34,402 nucleotides of DNA. Origin: Hadesarchaea archaeon (GTDB taxonomy: Archaea; Hadarchaeota; Hadarchaeia; Hadarchaeales; Hadarchaeaceae). The stretch covers positions 1-34,402 of the forward strand of contig JAUWBP010000001.1 in NCBI GenBank assembly GCA_030601665.1. Reading direction: 5' to 3'. The notes below the pieces were generated by a model, which worked only from the letters and a program-made list of their open reading frames with translations, had not been told where the DNA came from and did no database searches. Shown piece after piece: positions 1 through 7,386 of this stretch; the stretch's first letter is position 1, and the number at the start of each line of letters is the position of its first letter. A program made the position numbers and the translations under genes.

Positions 1-1853
1 CTTTCCTGAACAAGGAGTATCGGGTGATGGTTGTTTACGCGGTCATCGTGGTGGCACTTTTGGCACTGGCGATAAATCTGCAGACTGCATCGGCTTTTGC
101 GTTTGGAGCATTTTGTTCTGCATTGGCTGGTAACATAGGGATGAGGGTCGCCACCAAGTCGAACGCTCGAACTGCGGAGGCGGCTAGGAGAAGCATCAGA
201 AGGGGGCTGAAGGTTGGGTTCTCGAGCGGCGCGGTAATGGGGATGTGTGTCGTCGGTCTTGGGATTTTGGGCGTGAGCGTCTTATACCACTTGTGGGAAA
301 ACCCTACGATCATCGTTGGTTTTGGATTCGGGGCCAGCTCGATAGCGCTTTTCGCGCGGGTCGGTGGCGGAATATATACTAAATCCGCGGATATGGGAGC
401 CGACTTGGTTGGGAAGGTTGAGGCGAGGATACCCGAGGATGATCCAAGAAATCCGGCGGTAATTGCTGACAACGTCGGTGATAACGTCGGCGATGTTGCA
501 GGGATGGGTGCAGATTTGTTTGAATCATACGTTGGCTCCATCATCGCCGCGATGGTGATAGGAGTTGTTGTATATCCTGGAATAACTAACTATGTGGTGC
601 TCCCCCTTGCGCTTGCAGCGGCGGGAATTTTTTGTTCAATCGTTGGGACATTTTTTGTGCGTGTAGGTAAGGGTACAGGAATAAAAACCTTGCATGCCGC
701 GCTCAATAAGGGGGTATTTGGGAGTACTATCCTAATGGCCGTAGTTGCATTTTTCTTGATCTGGTACGCCGTAGGCGTCATGGAGATTTTTTATGCGATG
801 TTAGCCGGCTTGGTTGCGGGAGTTGCGATTGGCCTGTCTGCGGAATATTTTACCGAAGATAGGTTTTCACCGGTGAGATCTATTGTGACATCGTCCCAGA
901 CTGGCCCCGCAACAAACATCATCAGCGGGTTCTCGGTAGGCATGCTAAGTACAGTAATCCCGACAATTGCGATATGTACAGCAATCGGGTTGGCCTTCTA
1001 TTTCGCTGGGTTATATGGGATAGCGATCGCCGCGGTCGGGATGTTGAGCACCCTGGGCATGACGCTTGCTACCGATACTTATGGGCCGGTCGCCGACAAT
1101 GCTGCGGGAATCGCTGAGATGTCTAGGATGGGGCGAAAGGTGAGGGCGCGCGCTGAGAGGCTGGATGCAGTTGGAAATACAACGGCCGCGATAGGTAAGG
1201 GATTTGCAATTGGTTCAGCGGCGCTAACGGCACTCGCGCTGTTTTCAGCATATACCCAGGCGGCGAATATCTCGGCACTGGACATCATTGGTCCAAACGG
1301 TTATTTGATTATTATTGGGCTCCTTATAGGGGGTATGCTACCTTTTGTATTCTGTGCGCTTACAATGAGGGCGGTCGGGGAAGGTGCATCATTAATCGTT
1401 AAGGAAGTGCGCAGGCAATTTAGACATATCCCTGGGCTCATGCAAGGGCGGGCGAAACCCGATTATAACAAGTGTATCGGAATCAGCACGACGGCTGCTC
1501 TAAGGAAAATGGTGGCCCCTGCTGCGCTGGCCGTTGTGACACCCGTGGCTGTTGGATTGCTCCTTGGTCCTGAAGCCTTGGGGGGGCTGCTGATTGGGGC
1601 GATAGTTACTGGGCTCCTACTTGCAATTACGTTGGCCAATGCGGGTGGAGCATGGGATAACGCGAAGAAATATATTGAGGCCGGACGCTTCGGAGGCAAG
1701 GGCAGCAAGGCCCATGCAGCTTCGGTAATAGGCGATACAGTAGGAGACCCGTTCAAAGACACTTCGGGGCCATCGCTGAACATCCTGATCAAGCTGATGT
1801 CTATGGCTGCACTGCTGTTCGTCCCCCTACTATTGAAAGTTTGGGGTGCATAA
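1..1853 (+). CDS. hppA: membrane H+(/Na+)-translocating pyrophosphatase, 5'-partial (continues off left edge)
   Basis: The frame is open from base 3 (FLNKEYRV precedes the listed Met at 24), so the N-terminus is cut by the window. V-PPase motifs present: GGGIYTKSADMGADLVGKVE, DNVGDNVGDVAGMGADLFES, GNTTAAIGKGFAIGSAAL, GDTVGDPFKDTSGPSLNILIKL. Many TM segments. Ala in GNTTAA suggests the K+-dependent subclass. Confidence 0.95.
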   Translation, partial: FLNKEYRVMVVYAVIVVALLALAINLQTASAFAFGAFCSALAGNIGMRVATKSNARTAEAARRSIRRGLKVGFSSGAVMGMCVVGLGILGVSVLYHLWENPTIIVGFGFGASSIALFARVGGGIYTKSADMGADLVGKVEARIPEDDPRNPAVIADNVGDNVGDVAGMGADLFESYVGSIIAAMVIGVVVYPGITNYVVLPLALAAAGIFCSIVGTFFVRVGKGTGIKTLHAALNKGVFGSTILMAVVAFFLIWYAVGVMEIFYAMLAGLVAGVAIGLSAEYFTEDRFSPVRSIVTSSQTGPATNIISGFSVGMLSTVIPTIAICTAIGLAFYFAGLYGIAIAAVGMLSTLGMTLATDTYGPVADNAAGIAEMSRMGRKVRARAERLDAVGNTTAAIGKGFAIGSAALTALALFSAYTQAANISALDIIGPNGYLIIIGLLIGGMLPFVFCALTMRAVGEGASLIVKEVRRQFRHIPGLMQGRAKPDYNKCIGISTTAALRKMVAPAALAVVTPVAVGLLLGPEALGGLLIGAIVTGLLLAITLANAGGAWDNAKKYIEAGRFGGKGSKAHAASVIGDTVGDPFKDTSGPSLNILIKLMSMAALLFVPLLLKVWGA

Positions 1854-1854
1854 G

Positions 1855-1998
1855 ATGGTTAACCTCTGGAGAGAAGTGAAGCTCGACCCCAAGGCCCCGC
1901 AAGTGGTGAATGTCGTGGATGAGATACCGGACCCCAGCCGAATAAATACGAGTACGACAAAGAAAATGAGGGTATCGGAAAAATTTGGGGTGGAGTGA
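1855..1998 (+). pseudogene. ppa: relic of family I soluble inorganic pyrophosphatase (N-terminal ~45 codons only, with a frameshift)
   Basis: An unlisted 47-codon ORF reads MVNLWREVKLDPKAPQVVNVVDEIPDPSRINTS... A 1-nt shift near 1940 gives ...EIPDPSR/NKYEYDKENEG (1941-1973). Joined, this matches the conserved PPase N-terminus (..P..P.VV..V.EIP.GSRNKYE.DK..G). Similarity then decays, and the rpoE ATG (1999) abuts the ORF stop (TGAATG). The other ~130 codons of a PPase are absent. Confidence 0.6.
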
Positions 1999-2553
1999 AT
2001 GTACAAGATAATAACCGTGCGCGATACTGTGCGGGTGCCTCCCAACCGATTCGGTGAACCCCTCAAGGAGACGATCGTCGACATCTTGAACAAGGACTAC
2101 GAGGGACTGACCGATAAGGATGTGGGCACGATTTTGGCGATTACTGAGCTCAAGGAGATCAGCATAGGTCGGATAATCATGGGTGACGGGGCAAGCTATC
2201 ACGACGTCATTTTTGATGCGCTCATCTACAAACCCGAGGCCAACGAGGTGGTGCTTGGTGAGGTGGTCGAAATCGTCGAGTTTGGTGGGTTCGTGCGCTT
2301 GGGCCCCATCGATGGTTTGGTGCATGTCTCTCAGGTGATGGACGATTTCGTGGGATATGACAAGAAGAAGGGGGCACTCTACGGAAAAGAGTCGAAGCGA
2401 GCGCTGAAAGAGGGGGACAAAGTTCGCGCGCGCGTAGTTTCGGTAAGCGCGCGTCAAGGCACACGAAGTGGGAAGATAGGCCTGACGATGCGCCAGCTTG
2501 GACTGGGAAAACTAGAATGGATCAAGGAAGCCCGCAAGGAGGCCAAGGCTTGA
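1999..2553 (+). CDS. rpoE: DNA-directed RNA polymerase subunit E' (Rpo7)
   Basis: 184 aa. Rpo7-type N-terminus MYKIITVRDTVRVPPNRFGEPL, followed by an S1 domain (VVLGEVVEIVEFGGFVRLGPIDGLVHVSQV). Confidence 0.93.
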   Translation: MYKIITVRDTVRVPPNRFGEPLKETIVDILNKDYEGLTDKDVGTILAITELKEISIGRIIMGDGASYHDVIFDALIYKPEANEVVLGEVVEIVEFGGFVRLGPIDGLVHVSQVMDDFVGYDKKKGALYGKESKRALKEGDKVRARVVSVSARQGTRSGKIGLTMRQLGLGKLEWIKEARKEAKA

Positions 2554-2957
2554 CTGAGAAGGCCTGCCGTAATTGTAACTTCATTACCGATAAAAGCACC
2601 TGCCCGGCGTGCAGCGGGACAACCCTTTCGGGTGATTGGGCAGGATACGTTGTCGTGCTTAAGCCGTATTTGTTTAGCTTGCCGCTAGAACTAAAACAAG
2701 AACTACAACAAAAGCAAGTTTCCGAAAAGTTAAGAGAGATATTTAATCAGCACAAGTACACCCTTTCTGAGCAAGCGGAGATTCAACCAACAAATAGTAA
2801 AGAATGGAAGATTCTTGATGGGAAAAAAGAATATGCAATTGAAGAAGGTAACGAGCAGCTAAACTTTTATAAACAATATCTTGACCCTAACGATTCTGAA
2901 ATCGCGAAGCGACTTAACATCACCCAGCCCGGGAAGTACGCGCTGAGGGTTCGGTAG
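2550..2957 (+). CDS. spt4: transcription elongation factor Spt4 (RpoE''), carrying a 74-codon internal insertion
   Basis: Zn ribbon CRNC-x10-CPAC, then GDWAGYVVVL ... DPNDSEIAKRLNITQPGKYALRVR, the canonical archaeal Spt4 body. TTG at 2550 is preceded by GGAGG (2538-2542) and overlaps the rpoE stop (TTGA). The ATG at 2517 in the ORF track is an alternative start. The product is ~135 aa against a usual ~60 aa. Confidence 0.85.
   Translation: MTEKACRNCNFITDKSTCPACSGTTLSGDWAGYVVVLKPYLFSLPLELKQELQQKQVSEKLREIFNQHKYTLSEQAEIQPTNSKEWKILDGKKEYAIEEGNEQLNFYKQYLDPNDSEIAKRLNITQPGKYALRVR
2661..2882 (+). other. 222-bp AT-rich in-frame insertion inside spt4 (candidate translated MITE/RPE-like element or grafted mini-domain)
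   Basis: It lies exactly between GTGCTT and GACCCT, which together would read VVL|DP as in normal Spt4. Hand count is 77/222 G+C (~35%), against ~54-56% in the flanking spt4 sequence. It has no stop in 74 codons, while the other two forward frames hit TAG within 10 codons. The termini are AAGCCGTATTTGTTTA (2661-2676) and, as reverse complement of 2870-2882, AAGATATTGTTTA. A perfect 8-mer inverted repeat is GTTTAGCT (2672-2679) / AGCTAAAC (2857-2864). Confidence 0.6.
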
Positions 2958-3463
2958 TGTTAGAGTTACCCGAGGAAGTGCGGCAGCTTTTAAAGCGCCC
3001 TTTGGGTCAGCTTTTCCCGAATGTCGCCGCGGCGGTCGAGCGCCTGCGGCAGCTTCACCCCTCTAGGCTGATCGCGGTCGGCGATGTCGTGACCGCGGAT
3101 TTGCTCGAGGCCGGGCTCAGGCCCGATGTGGCAGTCGTCGATATGAAGGTCATGCGTTTACCCGTCGATGAAAAAACCAAGCGGGCGGTGGAGGCTTTTG
3201 AGGCAACAGTCGTTCGCGTGAAAAACCAAGCTGGAAGCATCACCCCGGAGCTACGTGAGGCTTTAGAGGCAGCAAAACCTCCCCTGAAGATTGTCGTTGA
3301 GGGGGAAGAGGACCTCGCCACCTTGCCAGCCGTGCTCTCGGCACCCCTCGGCTCCGCGGTCGTTTACGGGCAGCCAGGCGAGGGCTTGGTGCTCGTCGAA
3401 GTCACCGAGCATAAGCGTCGTGAATTCGAAATGCTACTAAAGCAATTCAAAACTAGTCGGTAA
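2957..3463 (+). CDS. GTP-dependent dephospho-CoA kinase (DUF359 family)
   Basis: 168 aa. DUF359-type signatures LIAVGDVVTADLLEAGLRPDVAVVDMKVMR and VVEGEEDLATLPAVL. The GTG start overlaps the spt4 stop (TAGTG). Its position between spt4 and rps24e is conserved in archaea. Confidence 0.8.
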   Translation: MLELPEEVRQLLKRPLGQLFPNVAAAVERLRQLHPSRLIAVGDVVTADLLEAGLRPDVAVVDMKVMRLPVDEKTKRAVEAFEATVVRVKNQAGSITPELREALEAAKPPLKIVVEGEEDLATLPAVLSAPLGSAVVYGQPGEGLVLVEVTEHKRREFEMLLKQFKTSR

Positions 3464-3559
3464 TTAAAAGCTATTGTGAGGCAATCTCGAAAAAAATGGA
3501 GAGCCGATAAGCGGGGTTAAGGTTTAATTGAACTTCGCACGAGGTGAAAGAGGGTCACG

Positions 3560-4051
3560 ATGAAGGTCGAGATAATCGAGAAGAAAGAAAACCCGCTCTT
3601 CAAGCGTACTGAAGTAAAATTCAAAGCTGATCACGCGGGGGGGCCAACCCCAAAGCGCTTGGACGCGCGCGCACAGCTCGCGGCCCAGCTTGGCGTTGCG
3701 GAGGAACTCATCGTCATCGAGAAGCTAGCGAGCACTCACGGTCGCCAAGTGGCATCGGGGATCGCCCGTGTTTACAGCTCCCGCGAGCAACTCGAGGGGC
3801 TGGAGCCCAAATTTTTGCTCAAGCGTGGCATGCCGAAAGAGGCTAAGGCGGAGGCAAAACCCGAGGAGAAACCGAAGGTCGAAAAGGCGCCCGAGAAAAA
3901 AGTAGAGGGACCGAAGGAAGCAAAACCTGAGCAACCGAAAAAGGTGGCCAAGCCCGAGAAATCCGAAGCGGAGAAGGCTGGGGAGACGTCCGAAGGGGCA
4001 AAGCCAGAGGAAAAGGCAAAGGAGGCCGTTGAGAGTGGCAAAGAAGGTTAA
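3560..4051 (+). CDS. rps24e: 30S ribosomal protein S24e with a long K/P/E-rich C-terminal extension
   Basis: [46 protein letters not shown]... matches S24e for ~93 aa. About 70 aa of low-complexity KPE-rich tail follow. GAGGTGA lies 13 nt upstream of the ATG. Confidence 0.9.
   Translation: MKVEIIEKKENPLFKRTEVKFKADHAGGPTPKRLDARAQLAAQLGVAEELIVIEKLASTHGRQVASGIARVYSSREQLEGLEPKFLLKRGMPKEAKAEAKPEEKPKVEKAPEKKVEGPKEAKPEQPKKVAKPEKSEAEKAGETSEGAKPEEKAKEAVESGKEG
3835..4048 (+). repeat. purine-rich low-complexity coding repeat (degenerate AAACCNGAGGARAAR units, K-P-E-(E/Q)-K-P-K)
   Basis: Reiterated AAACCCGAGGAGAAACCGAAGG / AAACCTGAGCAACCGAAAAAGG / AAGCCCGAGAAATCCGAAG / AAGCCAGAGGAAAAGGCAAAGG. This region generates the spurious long antisense and alternative-frame ORFs at 3725-4151. 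Confidence 0.6.
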
Positions 4052-4202
4052 GGCCTCGAAGGCCAAGCTCTACAAGCTCGAGGGCGAGAAGCTGGAGCGT
4101 CTGCGTCCTGCATGCCCGCGCTGCGGCCCTGGGGTCTTCATGGCTGACCACGGGAACCGTTGGGCGTGCGGTAAGTGTGGGTACGCTGATTTCAAGAAGT
4201 GA
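4035..4202 (+). CDS. rps27ae: 30S ribosomal protein S27ae
   Basis: Unlisted 55-aa ORF (below the track cutoff): (V)[54 protein letters not shown], with a CxxC...CxxC Zn ribbon typical of S27ae. The GTG start is 9 nt after GGAGG (4021-4025). It overlaps the rps24e tail by 17 nt. Confidence 0.8.
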   Translation: MAKKVKASKAKLYKLEGEKLERLRPACPRCGPGVFMADHGNRWACGKCGYADFKK

Positions 4203-5511
4203 GTTCGATTGTCGCGCCGATAGCCTCGGTTGCGAGTTTTTCTAGCTCGCGCAAGTTTTTGTCGATATCCTTCTCAGCCCGCTGCGAGTCACGATGGAGC
4301 TCCTCGATGGTCGCTCGCGCGTGTTTTAGGTCTGACTTATGTTTTTCGATCGAACTTTCTAGCTCCGCCTTTTGCTTAAAAAGTGATGTTTGTTCGCGAG
4401 CGCGCGTTTGGATTTCCCTGCGGTCGCAAAGGAGAGTGAGCCGCTCTTTGAGCTTCAGTATCTTTTTTTCATCCAGAAGTCCCCGAGCTAGTTCCATTCG
4501 TTTCTTCCGTTCGCGGTCGTCCATGCTTATTTTTCCTTCCTCAAGAAGTTCGATCATTTTTTGCAGCAGTGCATCGGTAGAAGCTATTTTTTTATCCGAT
4601 GAGAGCACTTCGAGTGGATTCTCGATGCAGAGTTCAAGGACTTTTACCATCTCTCGGTCCATTTGATACTCGCCAGCTCTCACGAGTTTTTCCATCTTCC
4701 TAAGGGGCCTGCTTACCCCCGAGATCGCGCTCGATGTGGCATCCTTCACCTGGGCTATCTCACGCTCGATTCGTTCGAGCTCGCGTCCAGACGCGTCCAA
4801 GCTCTTGAATTCCTCGCTGTTGATGAGCCGCGCCAGTTGGTCGCTCTCGTTCTCAATCAACTTCTTGAGCATCGTGACCTGATTTTCTAATGATTTCGCA
4901 TCGGTTCGCATACTCTCAATTCGATGGAGGAGCTCCCTTTGCGATGATATTTTCGAGGAGATCAAATCAAGCGAGCGCATTCCTCCGCGGGTTCCTTCAA
5001 TGAGGGCGTGAACTTCCCTGACCAATCCATGCAACCGTCGCAGGCGCAGTTCGATCGCGTTCAAGCGAGGTCCGAACAACGCTCGGACATGGCGGCCGTG
5101 GGTGGCGATTGCGTCGGTCATGAGGTTCACCATTTTCGTCAGTTTGCCATCGAGTATCGCGAGGTCGTCGGTCGAGAACTCCCCACGCCGCTGGATAGAG
5201 GTGATCGCACGGGTCAGCTTTTCAGTGAGGAGCCTCCGGGCCTCGAGTGCCGTCTTGTGCAATCCCGGGTAAGCCTCATCGGTCGGTTTGGCATCAGAAA
5301 GGGTTTTCAATTCCTTTAAAAGTGCCGCCCGTTCCTCAGACAGCCTGTCCAGCATGATATTTAATGTGGATTGAGCCTCTGCGAGCTTCTCCCGCTTGAG
5401 CTTGTTTACTCGTTCCTCAAGAGAATCTACAGATAATTTTTCAACTTGAGGTTCAGGTGGTTTTGGTTTTTTGCCGAAGATTTTGCGGAGGAACATCGGC
5501 TCGCCAACCAT
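4192..5511 (-). CDS. hypothetical coiled-coil protein (439 aa)
   Basis: Long ORF, E/K/R/L-rich with heptad-like periodicity throughout. The N-terminus is [21 protein letters not shown]. No enzymatic motifs recognised. The 3' end overlaps the rps27ae 3' end by 11 nt (convergent). Confidence 0.7.
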   Translation of the reverse strand: MVGEPMFLRKIFGKKPKPPEPQVEKLSVDSLEERVNKLKREKLAEAQSTLNIMLDRLSEERAALLKELKTLSDAKPTDEAYPGLHKTALEARRLLTEKLTRAITSIQRRGEFSTDDLAILDGKLTKMVNLMTDAIATHGRHVRALFGPRLNAIELRLRRLHGLVREVHALIEGTRGGMRSLDLISSKISSQRELLHRIESMRTDAKSLENQVTMLKKLIENESDQLARLINSEEFKSLDASGRELERIEREIAQVKDATSSAISGVSRPLRKMEKLVRAGEYQMDREMVKVLELCIENPLEVLSSDKKIASTDALLQKMIELLEEGKISMDDRERKKRMELARGLLDEKKILKLKERLTLLCDRREIQTRAREQTSLFKQKAELESSIEKHKSDLKHARATIEELHRDSQRAEKDIDKNLRELEKLATEAIGATIELTS

Positions 5512-5564
5512 ACATAATTAAGCTGTTGTTTAAATGTTCGGCGTAGCCACAACAAAACTGTTGA

Positions 5565-6608
5565 TTAAATCACATGCACTGAAGACGCTTTAAATGCAGC
5601 ATAAACTCCGGAGCCGATCCCCAACTTCATGTCTAGAAAAGATCTCTTGGTGATAATTACCACCAGCTCGCGTCCAACATCTACTTTTAACCTCACAGTT
5701 GTTCCTCGGTCGGAGATCTCAGTTATCTTACCTTGCAGCATGTTTCTCCCGCTTGATTTGATTGGTCTTTTTGATAGAAGGATGTCTTCAGGACGGATGC
5801 AGACTTTAACTTTACCTTCTTTTTGCGTTACCGCTTCGATTAATGCATTTCCGATATCTATCCTAGCGAGGCCTTCCTTTAGTTCCGATTTCCCTGAAAA
5901 GATGTTTTCAACTCCGACAAATTTTGCGACGAACTCCCATTTTGGTTTTCGGAATATTTCGTCTGGCGCTCCAACTTGAATGAGTTTTCCATCGCTCAAG
6001 ACACCTATCCTGTCACCCAATAGAATTGCTTCGACATGATCATGAGTGACGTGAATCGTGGTGACACCAGACCTCTCGTGGAGGTCTTTTAACTCCTTCC
6101 TCAACCTTTCCTGCGTTTGCGCATCCAAAGCGCTCAATGGTTCGTCCAAGAGTAGCACGTCTGGGTCAAGCACAATCGCCCTAGCTAGAGCTACCTTCTG
6201 CTGTTCCCCTCCGCTTAAGGTTTTTGGCAATCTTTTGGACAGGTGAGTGAGACCGAGCAAATTCATAGTGTGCCGTATCTTTTTATTGGTTTCAGATTTC
6301 GGAATTTTTTTCAACCTTAACCCGAACTCCACATTCTCTCCAACGTTTAGATGAGGGAACAACGAATAGTCTTGGTACACGAAACCCACTTTCCTTTGTT
6401 CAGGAGGGAGGTCTGTTATGTTTTTATCATTTATCCAGATCTCACCTAGGTCGGGACGGTGAAACCCAGCGATTAACTCGAGCATAAGGGTTTTTCCCGC
6501 CCCCGTTGGACCCAGCACGGTGAAGTACTCCCGTTCTTTGACATCTAAATTTATGTTCGTCAGCGAAAAATCGGCCCATTTTTTCGATAAATCCCTAATG
6601 CTCAGCAT
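5565..6608 (-). CDS. wtpC: ABC transporter ATP-binding protein, tungstate/molybdate type with C-terminal TOBE-like domain
   Basis: Walker A GPTGAGKT, signature LSGGEQQKVALARA, Walker B LLLDEP, H-loop VTHD. The C-terminal ~110 aa is a beta-rich TOBE/Mop-like region. ModC is an alternative name. Confidence 0.8.
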   Translation of the reverse strand: MLSIRDLSKKWADFSLTNINLDVKEREYFTVLGPTGAGKTLMLELIAGFHRPDLGEIWINDKNITDLPPEQRKVGFVYQDYSLFPHLNVGENVEFGLRLKKIPKSETNKKIRHTMNLLGLTHLSKRLPKTLSGGEQQKVALARAIVLDPDVLLLDEPLSALDAQTQERLRKELKDLHERSGVTTIHVTHDHVEAILLGDRIGVLSDGKLIQVGAPDEIFRKPKWEFVAKFVGVENIFSGKSELKEGLARIDIGNALIEAVTQKEGKVKVCIRPEDILLSKRPIKSSGRNMLQGKITEISDRGTTVRLKVDVGRELVVIITKRSFLDMKLGIGSGVYAAFKASSVHVI

Positions 6609-7386
6609 ACAACCGCCCCTGTAGATATTTTAGGCCAACGAATACCGATAAGGTGATCAAGAGAAGTATTACCGCGACGCGCATTCCTTCATAAAGCCCT
6701 AGGCTGTAAAATCTGCTCCAAATCATCCCTGGGGCAACCATAGGGTAAAATCCAACAAGCATGATCACCGCCGCGAACTCGCTTATCGCACGCGCCCAAC
6801 TCATTATCGCCCCGCTGAATATCTGGGGAAATGCGAGCGGAAATGCCACTTTTCGGAAGGCTTCCCATTCCGTAGCGCCTAGGGACCGTGCTACCTTTTC
6901 TAGGCGGGGGTCGACGCTTTGAAACCCCTCCCTAGCGGAGTTGATGAGGAATGGTGCGGAGACGAATATCATTGCGACAACAATTCCAGGTAGCGCGCCT
7001 TCAAACCTAAGAAAAGGTGAAACTGGCCCGCCAATTAATCCGCTTAATCCAAAAACTGTCAACAACATGATGCCGGCAACAACGTGAGGTATCGCCATGG
7101 GAAGGTCTATTATTCCTTCGATGAGCGCTTTTCCTCGAAAGTTCTTCCTCGCTAACAAATAAGCTAGGGGGACGCCGAACACGAACGTCACCAGCACTGC
7201 AAGGAACGCCGAGAAACAGCTCAGCCCCACCGCTTTCAGAACCGCTTGGTCGGTGATGGCACTGAGAAATCCAGTCAGGTCAAATGCAAATTGTTTTAAA
7301 AAAATATTGGCTATTGGAAGGGCAAGAACAGCTACAATAAGGATCCCAAGCGCGATGAATAAGGCGGTTATTCTCTCAATCTTCAC
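6595..7386 (-). CDS. wtpB: ABC transporter permease, tungstate/molybdate type
   Basis: 263 aa with 5-6 TM segments. EAA-loop region EKVARSLGATEWEAFRKVAFPLAFPQI. It overlaps wtpC by 14 nt and wtpA by 4 nt. Confidence 0.8.
   Translation of the reverse strand: MKIERITALFIALGILIVAVLALPIANIFLKQFAFDLTGFLSAITDQAVLKAVGLSCFSAFLAVLVTFVFGVPLAYLLARKNFRGKALIEGIIDLPMAIPHVVAGIMLLTVFGLSGLIGGPVSPFLRFEGALPGIVVAMIFVSAPFLINSAREGFQSVDPRLEKVARSLGATEWEAFRKVAFPLAFPQIFSGAIMSWARAISEFAAVIMLVGFYPMVAPGMIWSRFYSLGLYEGMRVAVILLLITLSVFVGLKYLQGRLYAEH

Noticed and set aside
1801-2457. 218-aa minus-strand ORF overlapping the hppA end, the ppa relic and rpoE.
   Set aside because: It is antisense to the unmistakable rpoE S1-domain gene. 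It has H/R/L-rich composition and no recognisable motifs, typical of shadow ORFs in GC-rich coding DNA.
2661-2882. Could the spt4 insert be an intein or a bulge-helix-bulge mRNA intron?
   Set aside because: It is not an intein. It is only 74 aa, has no Cys/Ser/Thr nucleophile at the N-junction (it starts with K), no terminal His-Asn, and no nucleophile at the +1 residue (D). I could not identify a convincing bulge-helix-bulge fold at the junctions by eye, and the long open frame argues for translation. Excision cannot be formally excluded without RNA data.
3725-4151. Three long minus-strand ORFs (113, 89 and 102 aa) over the S24e tail and rps27ae.
   Set aside because: They are artefacts of the purine-rich low-complexity repeat, which leaves the complementary strand free of stop codons. 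The plus-strand genes are clearly ribosomal.
5512-5564. Looked for direct repeats or att-like sites flanking the low-GC wtp island (5512-5564 against 8409-8557).
   Set aside because: Only short AT-rich similarities (for example TTGATTAAATCA against GTTAATCATTAAAGG) were found, which are not distinguishable from chance in AT-rich spacers.
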